A stretch of DNA of 64,000 nt from an archaeon (GCA_043821945.1 JBDRCH010000005.1:14799-78798); one strand, 5' to 3'. Positions 8,583 through 19,249 are shown, numbered from the stretch's first letter. Translations and numbers: made by a program. Notes: generated by a model from the letters alone, not told the origin.

Positions 8583-11033
8583 ATGAAAACCCAATTCATT
8601 CCATTAGACTATGACTACTTTGATTACAACGGAAGAAATTATGCAAAAATAATTGGAAGAGACGAAAAAGGCAAAAGAATTTGCATAATTGACGCCTGTC
8701 CAATTTATCTCTGGGCAATACTAGAAGATAATTTACCAGAAGAAAAAATAAGCAAGATTATTAAAAAAATACAAAAAATAAAATTAGATTTTAAAGGCAG
8801 AAAAACAAAAGTAGAAAAAATAGAAGTCCATGAAAAAAAATTTCTGGAAAAACCAGTAAAAGCACTTAAAATATTCGCAACAAATTACAAAGATTTACAT
8901 GATATTGCAAGCAAATTGGATTTTTCAGAAATAGAAAAAAGGAGAGGATATGATTTAGGATATGCAACTCATTATATAATTGAAAAAAAATTAGAACCTC
9001 TAAATTGGTATGAAATTGAAGGAAAATTATTAAATAACTCAAATGAATTTGGGGGAATAGACACAACTCTTGATGTTGATTTTTGTGTGAAAGTTAATTC
9101 AATATCTAAATTAAAAAAACTCAAGTCATTCATCCCAAAAATCCTCGCATATGATCTAGAAACAGATGAATTAAAAATAGGGCAAGGAGAAATACTAATG
9201 ATCTCTTTAGTTTCAGACAATTTCAAAAAAGTCATAACTTGGAAAAAATCCCAAAATCCTCCTGAATATACTGAATTTGTAAAAGATGAAAAAGAGCTCA
9301 TTGAAAAATTTATTTATTATATTAAACAAATCTCCCCGGATTTTCTTGTAGGATATTTCTCAGATGGTTTTGATCTTCCATATCTCAAGGCAAGAGCAGA
9401 AAAACACAAGATAAAATTAAATCTTGGAATAGACAATTCTCAACCAAAATTCTCAAGAGGAGTTAATCTCACAGGAAGAATAAATGGAATAATTCATATT
9501 GATATATTAAGATTCATAAGAACAGCTTATTCTCAATACATGAAATCAGAAACACTTACATTAAATGAAGTTTCAAAAGAATTTTTAGGAGACACAAAAA
9601 AAGATTTTAAGATAGAACACTCTTCGAAAATAAAAGAAAACTGGAACAAATACTATGAATACAATTTACATGATTCTGTCTTAACGTACCAACTTTTTGA
9701 AAAATTCTGGCCAGATTTATTATCATTTACAAAAGTAATCAAGGAACCAGTTTTTGACACATCAAGATATGGTTTATCAAAATATGTTGAATCATATATT
9801 CTCCATAACTTAGAAAAATTCAATGAAATCCCAGAAAAACGCCCAACACACGAAGACATAAAATTGCGAAGACAAGAAAAAGTCACAGGGGCATTTGTCC
9901 TAGAACCAAAACCAGGGCTCTACGAAAATATTGCAATATTTGATTTTACATCAATGCATACAAGCATAATAATATCAATGAATATTTCAAAATCAACTTT
10001 ACTAGATAAACCTTCCAAAGATTCGTTTTTTATAAAAACAGACAAAGGAGAATTTTATTTTTCAAAAAAAGCAGGTGTTTTCCCTTCTTTGTTTAAAGAA
10101 ATATTTGAAGAAAGAAAAAAATACAAGGCAGAATACAAAAAAAATCCCAACAAAATAACCCTAGCAAGAAGCAATGCTTTTAAATTACTCTCAGCTTCAG
10201 CTCATGGTTATATTGGTTTTTTTGGAGCAAGATATTATTCATTAGAATCATCTGCATCGATTCTTTCTTATGTTAGAAAATTCAACCAAGAAACAATTCA
10301 AAAAGTAAAGGACGCTGGATATGAAGTAATTTTTTCAGACACTGACAGTGTTGGATTTCTAATGAAAAACAAATCAGAAGAAGATATTAAAAAATTCTTA
10401 AAAGAATTAAACACAGAACTTCCAGGAGTAATGGAACTTGAATTAGAAGGATTTTTCAAGAGAGGTCTCTGGGTTACAACTCGAGCAGGAATAGCTGGAG
10501 CAAAAAAGAAATACGCTTTATTAGATCAAAATAAAAAATTAAAAATAAGAGGTTTTGAAACAGTAAGAAGAGATTGGTGCAAACTAGCAAGAAATTTACA
10601 AAACAAAATTATAGATCAAATTCTTAAAAGTGGAAATGAAAAAAAATCATTAGAGTATCTAAAAAAAATCATAAAACAAATCAAAAATAGAGAAATAAAT
10701 AAAGACGATTTAATTATTAGAACACAATTAAAAAAATCACTCTCAGAATACAAGGCGATTTCTCCTCATGTAATAGCAGCAAGAAAAATGCGAGAGCAAA
10801 AAATTCCAATTGAACAAGGAGGATTAATTGAATACTTTATTGCAGAATCTTCATCAAATAAAAAACTCGTTAGAGAAAAAGTTAAGCTTCCTCATGAAAA
10901 TGATCCTTACAACATTGAGTATTATTTAGAAAAACAAATTCTTCCAGCTGTTGAAAATATTTTTCAGATTTTCAATATCAACATTAAAGAAGTTATTGAA
11001 GGGAAGAAACAAATGACTTTGAGAGATTTTTGA
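8583..11033 (+). CDS. polB: Family B DNA polymerase (PolB3-like) with 3'-5' exonuclease
   Basis: ExoI YDLET, ExoII FDLPYL, ExoIII YNLHD, motif A DFTSMHTS, motif C SDTDS, KKKYA, RGFETVRRDW, PIP box QMTLRDF. Confidence 0.95.
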   Translation: MKTQFIPLDYDYFDYNGRNYAKIIGRDEKGKRICIIDACPIYLWAILEDNLPEEKISKIIKKIQKIKLDFKGRKTKVEKIEVHEKKFLEKPVKALKIFATNYKDLHDIASKLDFSEIEKRRGYDLGYATHYIIEKKLEPLNWYEIEGKLLNNSNEFGGIDTTLDVDFCVKVNSISKLKKLKSFIPKILAYDLETDELKIGQGEILMISLVSDNFKKVITWKKSQNPPEYTEFVKDEKELIEKFIYYIKQISPDFLVGYFSDGFDLPYLKARAEKHKIKLNLGIDNSQPKFSRGVNLTGRINGIIHIDILRFIRTAYSQYMKSETLTLNEVSKEFLGDTKKDFKIEHSSKIKENWNKYYEYNLHDSVLTYQLFEKFWPDLLSFTKVIKEPVFDTSRYGLSKYVESYILHNLEKFNEIPEKRPTHEDIKLRRQEKVTGAFVLEPKPGLYENIAIFDFTSMHTSIIISMNISKSTLLDKPSKDSFFIKTDKGEFYFSKKAGVFPSLFKEIFEERKKYKAEYKKNPNKITLARSNAFKLLSASAHGYIGFFGARYYSLESSASILSYVRKFNQETIQKVKDAGYEVIFSDTDSVGFLMKNKSEEDIKKFLKELNTELPGVMELELEGFFKRGLWVTTRAGIAGAKKKYALLDQNKKLKIRGFETVRRDWCKLARNLQNKIIDQILKSGNEKKSLEYLKKIIKQIKNREINKDDLIIRTQLKKSLSEYKAISPHVIAARKMREQKIPIEQGGLIEYFIAESSSNKKLVREKVKLPHENDPYNIEYYLEKQILPAVENIFQIFNINIKEVIEGKKQMTLRDF

Positions 11034-11034
11034 A

Positions 11035-12015
11035 ATGAAACCTCAGCGTAAAATTCCAGAAGCAAAACCTCTTTTCTTAGAGAGAATACAACAGCTCCTT
11101 ACTGACAAAAAAGACTATGAAAATTATCTTAATATTCTTAAAATTCCTCCTGTAAAATCAATTCGTTGCAATACTTTAAAAATTTCTCCAGATAAACTAA
11201 AAGAAAAATTAGAAAACAAAGGTTGGAAAATAAAACAACCTTGGAAAGATTACCCGGAAGTAATGGTCATCAAATTTGAACTTTTACCTGGGGAGTTAGG
11301 TCGCTCACTAGAACACCTTTTAGGTTATTATTATATTCAAGAGCTCGCAAGCATGCTCCCGGTCCTTGCATTAAAACCAAAAAAAGAGGAATTAATTTTA
11401 GACTTATGCTCAGCTCCAGGAAGCAAAACAACCCAACTTGCATCTGAAATGCAAAATACAGGAACAATAATAGCGAATGAAGTTAGCCTTGGAAGATTAA
11501 AAATTCTTGCTTCAAATTTAGAAAGATGCGGAGTTGCAAACACAATAATCACAAGAAAAGATGGCTCAGCATTTTGCAAAAGAATTGAAAAATATAATTC
11601 TAAAATACAATTTGATAGAATTATCATTGATGCACCTTGTTCAGGTGAAGGCACACTAAGAAGCTCTTACAAAACTTACCTAATGTGGAATATCAAAACA
11701 ATAAAAAATCTTCCAAAAATTCAATTAAACTTATTCTCATCAGCTTTTGAAATTCTAAAACCCAATGGAACAATAATCTATTCAACTTGCACTCACGCAC
11801 CAGAAGAAAATGAAGGAGTTATTAATGAAATTCTAAAAAACTATCCTGGAGAATTGAAACTAGAAAAGATTAATTTGCCGATTAAGTATAGAGAAGGATT
11901 GACAGAATGGGAAAATAAACAATATTCAAATGAATTAAAAAAATGCGCAAGAATTTATCCCCAAGATAACAACACCGAAGGATTTTTCATTGCTAAATTT
12001 AGAAAAGTAAAATGA
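11035..12015 (+). CDS. NOL1/NOP2/Sun RNA m5C methyltransferase
   Basis: DLCSAPGSKT, DAPCSGEG, YSTCT..PEENE. Confidence 0.93.
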   Translation: MKPQRKIPEAKPLFLERIQQLLTDKKDYENYLNILKIPPVKSIRCNTLKISPDKLKEKLENKGWKIKQPWKDYPEVMVIKFELLPGELGRSLEHLLGYYYIQELASMLPVLALKPKKEELILDLCSAPGSKTTQLASEMQNTGTIIANEVSLGRLKILASNLERCGVANTIITRKDGSAFCKRIEKYNSKIQFDRIIIDAPCSGEGTLRSSYKTYLMWNIKTIKNLPKIQLNLFSSAFEILKPNGTIIYSTCTHAPEENEGVINEILKNYPGELKLEKINLPIKYREGLTEWENKQYSNELKKCARIYPQDNNTEGFFIAKFRKVK

Positions 12016-12473
12016 ACACTCTAAAAATTCTCTCAAAAAAAGAAAAACAAGAATTAGTTGAAAAATTAAACAAACAATTTGGAATAAAAAAAGTAAACGG
12101 GATTATCTCTACAAGAGGTGAAAGATTATTTATCTTCCAAGGAAATTTTGATGAAAAACAAATCCGAGAACTTGAATCAACAATTCCTATAGAAAGAGTT
12201 GGAATTTATTTTGGAAAACAAATAAATAATGAAATAAGACTAAGCATAGATGGGATCCATTTATTAAAAGATCAAATCAACAAGAATATTCTTGAATTAA
12301 ATGAAGAACAAACAGAATATTGGATGAAAGGAAATGAATTAAACATTCTAACTGAAAAAAGAGGTTTTGTAATAATAAAATACAATGATAATTTCATCGG
12401 AACAGGAAAAGCTTCAGAAAACAAGATAACTAATTTTATTCCAAAGAATAGAAGGTTAAAGGAAAAGGGTTAA
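12012..12473 (+). CDS. NIP7/PUA-like RNA-binding partner of the m5C methyltransferase
   Basis: ATGA overlap with the NOP2 gene; RLSIDG...WMKG...NFIPK pattern. Confidence 0.6.
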   Translation: MNTLKILSKKEKQELVEKLNKQFGIKKVNGIISTRGERLFIFQGNFDEKQIRELESTIPIERVGIYFGKQINNEIRLSIDGIHLLKDQINKNILELNEEQTEYWMKGNELNILTEKRGFVIIKYNDNFIGTGKASENKITNFIPKNRRLKEKG

Positions 12474-12497
12474 AAATAACTACATTCTATCAAAATC

Positions 12498-13376
12498 ATG
12501 AACAAAGAAAAAATTCTCCTTGCAGGAAAAATAGCAAAGCAAGTAAAAGAATACATCAAACCTCAAATAAAAAAAGATGTTCCTCTCTTGGAAATTGCTG
12601 AAAAAATTGAATCAAAGATAATTGAATTAGGAGGAAAACCAGCATTCCCAACAAATTTAAGCATAAATAACATTACAGCACATTTCACTCCTTCTTACAA
12701 TGATGAAACACTCACACATGGATTATTAAAAGTAGATTTTGGGGTTCATATTGATGGTTGGATTTCAGACACTGCTTTTTCTTTAGACTTAGAAAATTCA
12801 GAGCAAAATAAAAAGTTAATTCAAGCTTCTGAAAAAGCATTGAAGGGTGCGATTAAAATTACAAAGGAAAATATACTTCTTAATAAGATAGGAGGGATTA
12901 TTTCTGAAACAATAGAAACAGAAGGATTTTCTCCTGTAATAAATCTTTCAGGTCATGAAATCAATAAATATGAAGTACATGCAGGATTAACAATCCCAAA
13001 TATAGATGATGGAAAAATGATAAACTTAAAAAAAGGCCTTTATGCAATTGAGCCTTTTGCAACAACTGGTTCAGGAAGAGTTCATGATGGAAGCCCTTCT
13101 GGTATTTATCAATTAATCAATGATAGAAATGTAAGAAGTCCAATTGCAAGAGAAATTCTTAATCACATAACCAAAGAATATTCAACACTTCCATTTTGTT
13201 CAAGATGGCTTGTAAAAAAATTTGGAACAAAAGCCCTGTTCGGATTAAAACAATTACAAGAAAATGAAAATCTCCATCAATATGCTCAATTAGTTGAATC
13301 ACCAGGAGCAATAGTCTCTCAAGCAGAACATACAATTTTAATTGACAAAGAAGGGGTTGTTGCTACAACTAATTAA
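12498..13376 (+). CDS. map: Methionine aminopeptidase type II
   Basis: AHFTP, KVDFGVHIDGWISDTA, NLSGH, AIEPF, QAEHT. Confidence 0.95.
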   Translation: MNKEKILLAGKIAKQVKEYIKPQIKKDVPLLEIAEKIESKIIELGGKPAFPTNLSINNITAHFTPSYNDETLTHGLLKVDFGVHIDGWISDTAFSLDLENSEQNKKLIQASEKALKGAIKITKENILLNKIGGIISETIETEGFSPVINLSGHEINKYEVHAGLTIPNIDDGKMINLKKGLYAIEPFATTGSGRVHDGSPSGIYQLINDRNVRSPIAREILNHITKEYSTLPFCSRWLVKKFGTKALFGLKQLQENENLHQYAQLVESPGAIVSQAEHTILIDKEGVVATTN

Positions 13377-13570
13377 TATACTCTAGGTAAAAAACATTGA
13401 TTATTAAAGATAGATATCTCAATCAGTCTTTTCCCAAACTTATCAATACAATAATCCATCAATTCCCCTACAGTTTTAGGATCTTTTTCCTGTTTTATCA
13501 ATTCAATTAATTTTTCAAAAGATTCTATGTGAGGATATTTTTCTATCCTTGTACTATATTCATTTGTCAT
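13373..13570 (-). CDS. Orphan hypothetical protein
   Basis: 65-aa ORF with upstream TTTATAAA. Confidence 0.45.
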   Translation of the reverse strand: MTNEYSTRIEKYPHIESFEKLIELIKQEKDPKTVGELMDYCIDKFGKRLIEISIFNNQCFLPRVY

Positions 13571-13613
13571 TGTATAATAGATACATTAACAGACTTTATA
13601 AATTTATCCCAAA

Positions 13614-14483
13614 TTAATCAAATGAAGGCAAATAAATTTCAAATTTAGTTCCCTTTCCTAATTCACTTTTGACATTAATGTGACCATTATGATTATTTAT
13701 AATTTCCAGCGCTGATGCTAATCCATAACCATTGCCAAATTTCTTTCCAGAAGTGAAACCAGATTCAAAAATATACTGCAGACATTCTTCCGGAATTCCT
13801 TTCCCATTATCAACAACAGAAACAGCGACATAATCTTCTTCTTTTCTTGCTAGAACCTCTAAAATACCTCCTCCAGAGGGAAGCATTGCATCTCTTGCAT
13901 TAACATAGATATTAAGAAAGACTCTCTCAAGATCAATTAAATCTCCAAAAACATAAAAATCTACTTTATTAAGATTAGACCTCCAAGAAATATTATTCTT
14001 TCCTAATTGTAATTGTTTTAAAGTGCAAAAAAATTCATTAATAGCAATTTTTTCATAATTCTGTTTTCTATTAACCTCTGAAAAACTCAAAGCTCTTTTA
14101 TTAAGAACTATTAATTTGGAAAGAGCACCTAACATAGCATGATTTTTCTCTTTAATACGATCTAATTTTTCTGATTCAGATAATTCAAGTTCCTTAAAAG
14201 TTAATGTATTTAATTCCAAAGAACCACCAATTATATTACAAATATTATTAGAATCATGAATTATTCCTTGAATTAATTCTAAATAGATATTTTTTTCTGA
14301 TAACCTCTTATTTTCTTCAAATAAAATTTTATTTTTCTCTATTATTTCACAGTTTTTGCATCTTTCTTCTAAATGCTTACCAAATGATCCATCTTCCAAA
14401 AACTCAGTCTTTTCTCCAATAGGAAAAAGCCAAGGGCTATATTTTCTAACATTTTCTATGTTTACAAACTTTTCAGTATACAT
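13614..14483 (-). CDS. Cytoplasmic histidine kinase (HisKA + HATPase_c)
   Basis: H box IIHDSNN, N box NIYVNARDAM, G1 DNGKGI, F IFESGFT, G2 GNGYGL. Confidence 0.88.
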   Translation of the reverse strand: MYTEKFVNIENVRKYSPWLFPIGEKTEFLEDGSFGKHLEERCKNCEIIEKNKILFEENKRLSEKNIYLELIQGIIHDSNNICNIIGGSLELNTLTFKELELSESEKLDRIKEKNHAMLGALSKLIVLNKRALSFSEVNRKQNYEKIAINEFFCTLKQLQLGKNNISWRSNLNKVDFYVFGDLIDLERVFLNIYVNARDAMLPSGGGILEVLARKEEDYVAVSVVDNGKGIPEECLQYIFESGFTSGKKFGNGYGLASALEIINNHNGHINVKSELGKGTKFEIYLPSFD

Positions 14484-14567
14484 AAAACAATCTTCAAAGT
14501 TAGATTATATAAAGATTTCTATTATGTAATCACTATCAAATGAATACACAAAAGAAATAGTTGAAAA

Positions 14568-14756
14568 TCATTCATACATTTCACTCAGTACTTTTCTTTT
14601 ATATTCTTCTCCACAAGTAGGACAAAAACTATGACTTATTCTACCATCAACAAAATAATCAACAACATATTGCCAACCATCAGGATCTTCTTTTATTTCA
14701 ATCCAATTCCCTTGATTATCTTCATCAAGATCAACAGCACAACAAATAATACACAT
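14568..14756 (-). CDS. Small Cys/His metal-binding protein
   Basis: CIICC...W...SHSFCPTC. Confidence 0.55.
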   Translation of the reverse strand: MCIICCAVDLDEDNQGNWIEIKEDPDGWQYVVDYFVDGRISHSFCPTCGEEYKRKVLSEMYE

Positions 14757-14780
14757 TCTTAATAAATTATTTTTTTCATT

Positions 14781-17072
14781 TTATCCCAAATAAGTATTCT
14801 TGATTGGAACAGCAGATTTAGATGATTTTAAGAAAGCTTCTTCTACTTTTTTGTATGCTTCAAAAGTTGATGGCGTTACACTTGGTTTAACTTTGTCTAA
14901 TGATTGTTCAAAATTCTTTTTACTAACTTCTTTTGAATTAATAGATTCTCTCAAAGCAAGCATTCCAGCTTCCCTTACTAAAGATTCTAAATCAGCCCCA
15001 GTATATCCTGCTGTTTTTTTTGCAATTAGTTTTAAATCAACATTCTTAGCCAGAGGCATATTTTTTGTATGTATCTTTAAAACTTTTAATCTACCTTCTT
15101 CTTCAGGAGCATTTACTAACAATATTCTGTCAAACCTTCCAGGTCTTAATAACGCAGCATCAAGCATATCAGGTCTGTTTGTTGCAGCAATAACTAAAAT
15201 ATCTTTCAAATCTTCTAGACCATCCATCTCTGAAAGTAATTGGTTCAAAACTCTTTCAGTAACTTTTGTTCCTTGTTCTACTCCTCTTCTTCCTGCTAAT
15301 GAATCAATTTCATCAAAAAAGATTATACAAGGAGCAACTTGCCTTGCTCTTTCAAAAATTTTCCTAACTCCTTCTTCAGATTTACCAACCCACATACTTA
15401 ATAACGAAGGTCCTTTGACTTGGATAAAATTAGCTTCAGATTCTTTTGCAACTGCTTTAGCCAAAAGAGTCTTACCTGTTCCAGGAGGTCCATATAACAA
15501 AATTCCCCTTGAAGGTCTAATTCCAATTCTTTTGAAACACTCTGGAAATTTCATAGGCCATTCAACTACTTCTTTTAATTCTTCTTGAACTTTATCTAGA
15601 CCTCCAACATCATCCCAACTCACATTAGGAGTCTCGACTAAAACCTCTCTCATTGCAGAAGGTCTAACAACTTTTAATGCATCCATAAAATCATTGTGTT
15701 TAACAATTAATTTCTCTAAAATTTCTTGAGGAATAGATTCTTCATCTAATTGAATTTGATGGATATGTTTTCTAAGAACATTCATAGCAGCTTCCTTACT
15801 CAAAGATTCCAAATCAGCACCAACAAAACCATGAGTTAAAGAAGCAATTTCATCAAGCTTAACATTTTTTGTCAAAGGCATTCCTCGAGTATGAATTTTC
15901 AAAATCGCGAGTCTTCCCTCTTTACCAGGAACATTAATTGCCACTTCTCTGTCAAATCTTCCTGGTCTTCTCAATGCAGGATCAATTGCATTAACTCTAT
16001 TTGTAGCACCAATAACAATAACTTTTCCTCTTGCTTTAAGACCGTCCATCATAGTTAAAATCTGGGAAACAACTCTCCTCTCAACTTCTCCAATTACTTC
16101 TTCTCTTTTTGGAGCTATTGCATCAAGTTCATCAATAAAAACAATTGCTGGCGCTGTTTTCTCAGCTTCTTCAAAAAGATCTCTAATTTTCTTTTCACTT
16201 TCTCCATAAAACTTAGACATTATTTCAGGCCCATTTAATAAAATAAAATTAGCTTCTGATTCATTTGCAACTGCTTTAGCCAAAAGAGTCTTACCTGTTC
16301 CAGGAGGTCCGTGCAACAAAACTCCTTTAGGAGGTTGAATTCCCAATCTCTGAAAAATCTCAGGATGTTTCATTGGAATCTCAACCATTTCTCTTATCTT
16401 TTTGATTTCTTCTGTTAATCCCCCAATATCTTCATAATTAATCTCAGGAATTTTTTCATCACTTATTTCCACTGCTTTTGGATTCAAAACAACTTGGGTG
16501 TTTTCAGTTATTCTAACAGGAACATTTGGATTTGCATTAACAATCAAGAATCTTATTTGAGCAATAGTCCCTCCAAGATTTCCAAAACCTCCAAAGATAT
16601 CACTCAAATTTCCAAAAAGATCATTCATATCTTCAAATTCTTCAGACATTAAATCTCTCCTTCTTTGAGTTCCACCCAAAACAACTACATCCCCTTTAAC
16701 AACTGTTCTTCCAAGCAATCCATTTTTTAGATTTTCTGGATCACCCTGAACCATAATTCCTTTTTGCGCAGGAGCAATAATGATTTTTTTAGCTTCTTTT
16801 ACTTCTGTCTTAGAGACTACAACAACATCACCAATACCTGATTTTGAATTTCTCCTCATAATACCATCAATTCTAATAATTCCTTCTCCAACATCAGCAG
16901 GATAAGCTCGATCTGCAATTGCAACAGTTTCCCGATTTCCTTTAATCATAATCGGGTCTCCTCTCTTAATACCCAACTCATTCATAACACCCAAATCTAT
17001 TCGAGCAATTCCTTTATACACATCATCTTGCTGTGCTTCAACAACTTTTAATTGAATTGATTTTTTTGTCAT
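14781..17072 (-). CDS. cdc48: CDC48/VCP-family AAA+ ATPase
   Basis: N domain and two AAA modules (GPPGTGKT twice, DELD/DEID, RPGRFDR twice). Confidence 0.97.
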   Translation of the reverse strand: MTKKSIQLKVVEAQQDDVYKGIARIDLGVMNELGIKRGDPIMIKGNRETVAIADRAYPADVGEGIIRIDGIMRRNSKSGIGDVVVVSKTEVKEAKKIIIAPAQKGIMVQGDPENLKNGLLGRTVVKGDVVVLGGTQRRRDLMSEEFEDMNDLFGNLSDIFGGFGNLGGTIAQIRFLIVNANPNVPVRITENTQVVLNPKAVEISDEKIPEINYEDIGGLTEEIKKIREMVEIPMKHPEIFQRLGIQPPKGVLLHGPPGTGKTLLAKAVANESEANFILLNGPEIMSKFYGESEKKIRDLFEEAEKTAPAIVFIDELDAIAPKREEVIGEVERRVVSQILTMMDGLKARGKVIVIGATNRVNAIDPALRRPGRFDREVAINVPGKEGRLAILKIHTRGMPLTKNVKLDEIASLTHGFVGADLESLSKEAAMNVLRKHIHQIQLDEESIPQEILEKLIVKHNDFMDALKVVRPSAMREVLVETPNVSWDDVGGLDKVQEELKEVVEWPMKFPECFKRIGIRPSRGILLYGPPGTGKTLLAKAVAKESEANFIQVKGPSLLSMWVGKSEEGVRKIFERARQVAPCIIFFDEIDSLAGRRGVEQGTKVTERVLNQLLSEMDGLEDLKDILVIAATNRPDMLDAALLRPGRFDRILLVNAPEEEGRLKVLKIHTKNMPLAKNVDLKLIAKKTAGYTGADLESLVREAGMLALRESINSKEVSKKNFEQSLDKVKPSVTPSTFEAYKKVEEAFLKSSKSAVPIKNTYLG

Positions 17073-17275
17073 TTTTGAATTTTTAAATAAATTTCATCAA
17101 AACATTTAGGACATAACTGACCTGCACCCTCGACATAATACCTTCTTGAATGAATAGATAAATTAACCTCACTAAGAGTTTCTTTCTTGCAACAAACACA
17201 TTTATCATACTTACTCTCTTGATTTAATTTATCATTTTTTGAAGTTCTACCAAACAAACTTATCAAATTTCCCAT
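17069..17275 (-). CDS. Small zinc-finger protein
   Basis: CVCC...YVEGAGQLCPKC; overlaps the cdc48 start. Confidence 0.55.
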   Translation of the reverse strand: MGNLISLFGRTSKNDKLNQESKYDKCVCCKKETLSEVNLSIHSRRYYVEGAGQLCPKCFDEIYLKIQK

Positions 17276-17276
17276 T

Positions 17277-17624
17277 TTATTTCTTTATCTCCTCAAAATT
17301 TAAACTTAATCTTCCAAAATCTTCAAAACATAATCTTACCATGTCATCCATGATTTTTTCTTGTTCTCTCATAAAAGAAACTATCTCTTTTGGAATTGAA
17401 ACAGCATAACTATTTCCAACAAGTCTCATCTTAACTCTAAAGTTTTTATTTTTAAGACTTATAAATTTATTGTATTCTTGCTCATCAACAGGATGAATTA
17501 TTTTTTCACTGCACTTTGGACAAACCATTAATCTAAATAAAAATCCATTTTTAGAAACCTGTGCTTTTTGCATTTTTGAATCACATTTCTTGCAAAGTAT
17601 TTTGTTGTCAAATATATCTGTCAT
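17277..17624 (-). CDS. Zn-ribbon + AbrB/MazE-like DNA-binding protein
   Basis: CKKC...CPKC followed by KMRLVGNSYAVSIPKEI. Confidence 0.75.
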   Translation of the reverse strand: MTDIFDNKILCKKCDSKMQKAQVSKNGFLFRLMVCPKCSEKIIHPVDEQEYNKFISLKNKNFRVKMRLVGNSYAVSIPKEIVSFMREQEKIMDDMVRLCFEDFGRLSLNFEEIKK

Positions 17625-17625
17625 T

Positions 17626-17799
17626 TTAATTTTGTTTTAGCAAAATTAATGTTAAAAAGAAAATTACAATTGAAAACATTTCTTCAAAACTGGGTTTAAA
17701 ATAATTAAAGCTGAATAAAGCGATTATTGAAACTCCTAAGGCTATAAGGAGATTCACAATAGTGTATTTCTTATCTTGTTTTAATTTGTTTGAATTCAT
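17626..17799 (-). CDS. Small two-helix membrane protein (57 aa, MNSNKLKQDKKYTIVNLLIALG...)
   Basis: Read by hand; first ORF of the tightly packed cdc48 unit. Confidence 0.5.
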   Translation of the reverse strand: MNSNKLKQDKKYTIVNLLIALGVSIIALFSFNYFKPSFEEMFSIVIFFLTLILLKQN

Positions 17800-17812
17800 T
17801 TTATCGAATATA

Positions 17813-17910
17813 AAGCCACATCAAATGATGTGGCTGGGTTGAAAAAAGGTTGTATGGGTATATACCTATTGTGTATACATAGAATATACACTATTTAAAT
17901 GTTTTGGTGA
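17813..17910 (-). promoter_or_regulatory. cdc48-operon promoter with palindromic GTATAC/GTATATAC boxes and an AGCCACATC-GATGTGGCT hairpin
   Basis: Palindromes seen directly beside a TTTAAATA TATA-like box. Confidence 0.45.
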
Positions 17911-17956
17911 ATTAACATATCACACATTTTAAAAACTATAATTAATTTTTCTATTC

Positions 17957-18586
17957 ATGGTGACAAAAAGAGAGTTGAAAAAATATCTAAACAAATTCTG
18001 GTTTATTGTCTGGAAAGACGATAGTTTCAAGGGATGGATAATCTCAATCTTATTTTTATTTATAGTTATTAAATTCATTTTTTTCCCAATATTAAATCTT
18101 ATCACAGGAACAACACTTCCTCTTGCAATTGTCGAATCTTGCAGTATGTATCATCAGGGGAATCTCTTATCTAATTTTGATAACTGGTATGAAAAACACG
18201 ATTCAAAATATTCAAACTTTATAATAAATAAATTAGATTTTCAGAATTTTATTTTCAAAAATGGTTTTAACAAAGGAGATATTCTATTTGTAATTGGAGC
18301 TAAACCAGAAAAACTAAAAATTGGTGATGTAATAATTTTTAATGGGGGATCAAATCATCCAATAATTCATAGAATAATCAACATAAACGAAAAAAATGGA
18401 AAAATATTTTTTTCAACAATCGGCGACAATAACAATGGGCAACTACCAGTAGAAGAAGAAATATCAGAAGACCAATTAATTGGAAAAGCTGTTTTCAAAT
18501 TAGCCCCTTACTTGGGATGGGGAAAATTAATTTTCTTCGAATTCAGACAACCTGAAAATAACAAAGGCTTTTGTGAAGAAAATTGA
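17957..18586 (+). CDS. Signal peptidase I (S26, archaeal Ser-His type)
   Basis: TM then VESCSMY, GDIL, PIIHRII, GDNN. Confidence 0.88.
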   Translation: MVTKRELKKYLNKFWFIVWKDDSFKGWIISILFLFIVIKFIFFPILNLITGTTLPLAIVESCSMYHQGNLLSNFDNWYEKHDSKYSNFIINKLDFQNFIFKNGFNKGDILFVIGAKPEKLKIGDVIIFNGGSNHPIIHRIININEKNGKIFFSTIGDNNNGQLPVEEEISEDQLIGKAVFKLAPYLGWGKLIFFEFRQPENNKGFCEEN

Positions 18587-18659
18587 ATTCAAAAAAACAG
18601 AAACTTTTTTAAACAAACTTATGCAAAAAGTAAGATAAATATATTATAGAAATTATAAG

Positions 18660-18968
18660 ATGGAATTTTGTCCAAAATGCGGTGCGATTCTCATTCAAAA
18701 AAGAAAAAATGATGGCTGTCCAAGATGTAATTACTCTGTGAAAGGAAGAATAAAAATAAAGACTTCTGAAGAAATGGATAAAAGACAAGAAATCGCCGTG
18801 ATTACAGAAAAAGATACGCAAGTGCTTCCAATTGTAGGAGAAAAATGCAGAGAATGCGGAAACAAAGAAGCTCTTTTCTGGACAGTTCAAACTCGTTCTG
18901 GAGATGAAGCAGAAACAAAATTCTTCAAATGCACAAAGTGCAAACACACTTGGAGAGAATACCGGTAA
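18660..18968 (+). CDS. tfs: Transcription factor S
   Basis: MEFCPKCG, second Zn ribbon with QTRSGDE. Confidence 0.93.
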   Translation: MEFCPKCGAILIQKRKNDGCPRCNYSVKGRIKIKTSEEMDKRQEIAVITEKDTQVLPIVGEKCRECGNKEALFWTVQTRSGDEAETKFFKCTKCKHTWREYR

Positions 18969-19033
18969 TTGCAAATTAAAATAATCAATAACAGATTATC
19001 TGTGTTCGAGTAAAGAATATAGATAATAAGCTC

Positions 19034-19249
19034 TTATATAACCCTAGGAACCAACTTACCTCTCAACAACCATTTTTCTAAAGAAGTACGAATAATTCCG
19101 GTTTCTAAACCCTTATTTCCTGTATCTGATTTAACATAAAAAAGATCATAACTTAAATCGCATCCAATTTGAATCTTATATTTCTCTTTTTCATTAGCAG
19201 AATCATTATCTTCTCTTTTTCCTAATTGATTTCTTAAATAGAAAATTAT
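19034..19249 (-). pseudogene. Start-less 71-codon reading frame abutting the tRNA-Lys 3' end
   Basis: Open frame IIFYLRNQLG...GKLVPRVI* with no upstream ATG before the tRNA. Confidence 0.35.

Noticed and set aside
8583..11033. Intein or inactivated PolB2
   Set aside because: Normal length with no insertion; catalytic and exonuclease acidic residues are present
14756..14779. Programmed frameshift extending the small Cys protein from the ATG at 14779
   Set aside because: It would need one extra A in an A7 run; an in-frame ATG exists at 14756 and a homopolymer error is equally plausible
14800..15588. 262-aa plus-strand ORF and the many other antisense ORFs (e.g. 187-447, 18609-18974, 45733-46140, 49069-50912, 51699-52175, 58441-58644)
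   Set aside because: Shadows of well-supported genes on the opposite strand; Ser/Phe/Leu-rich with no motifs
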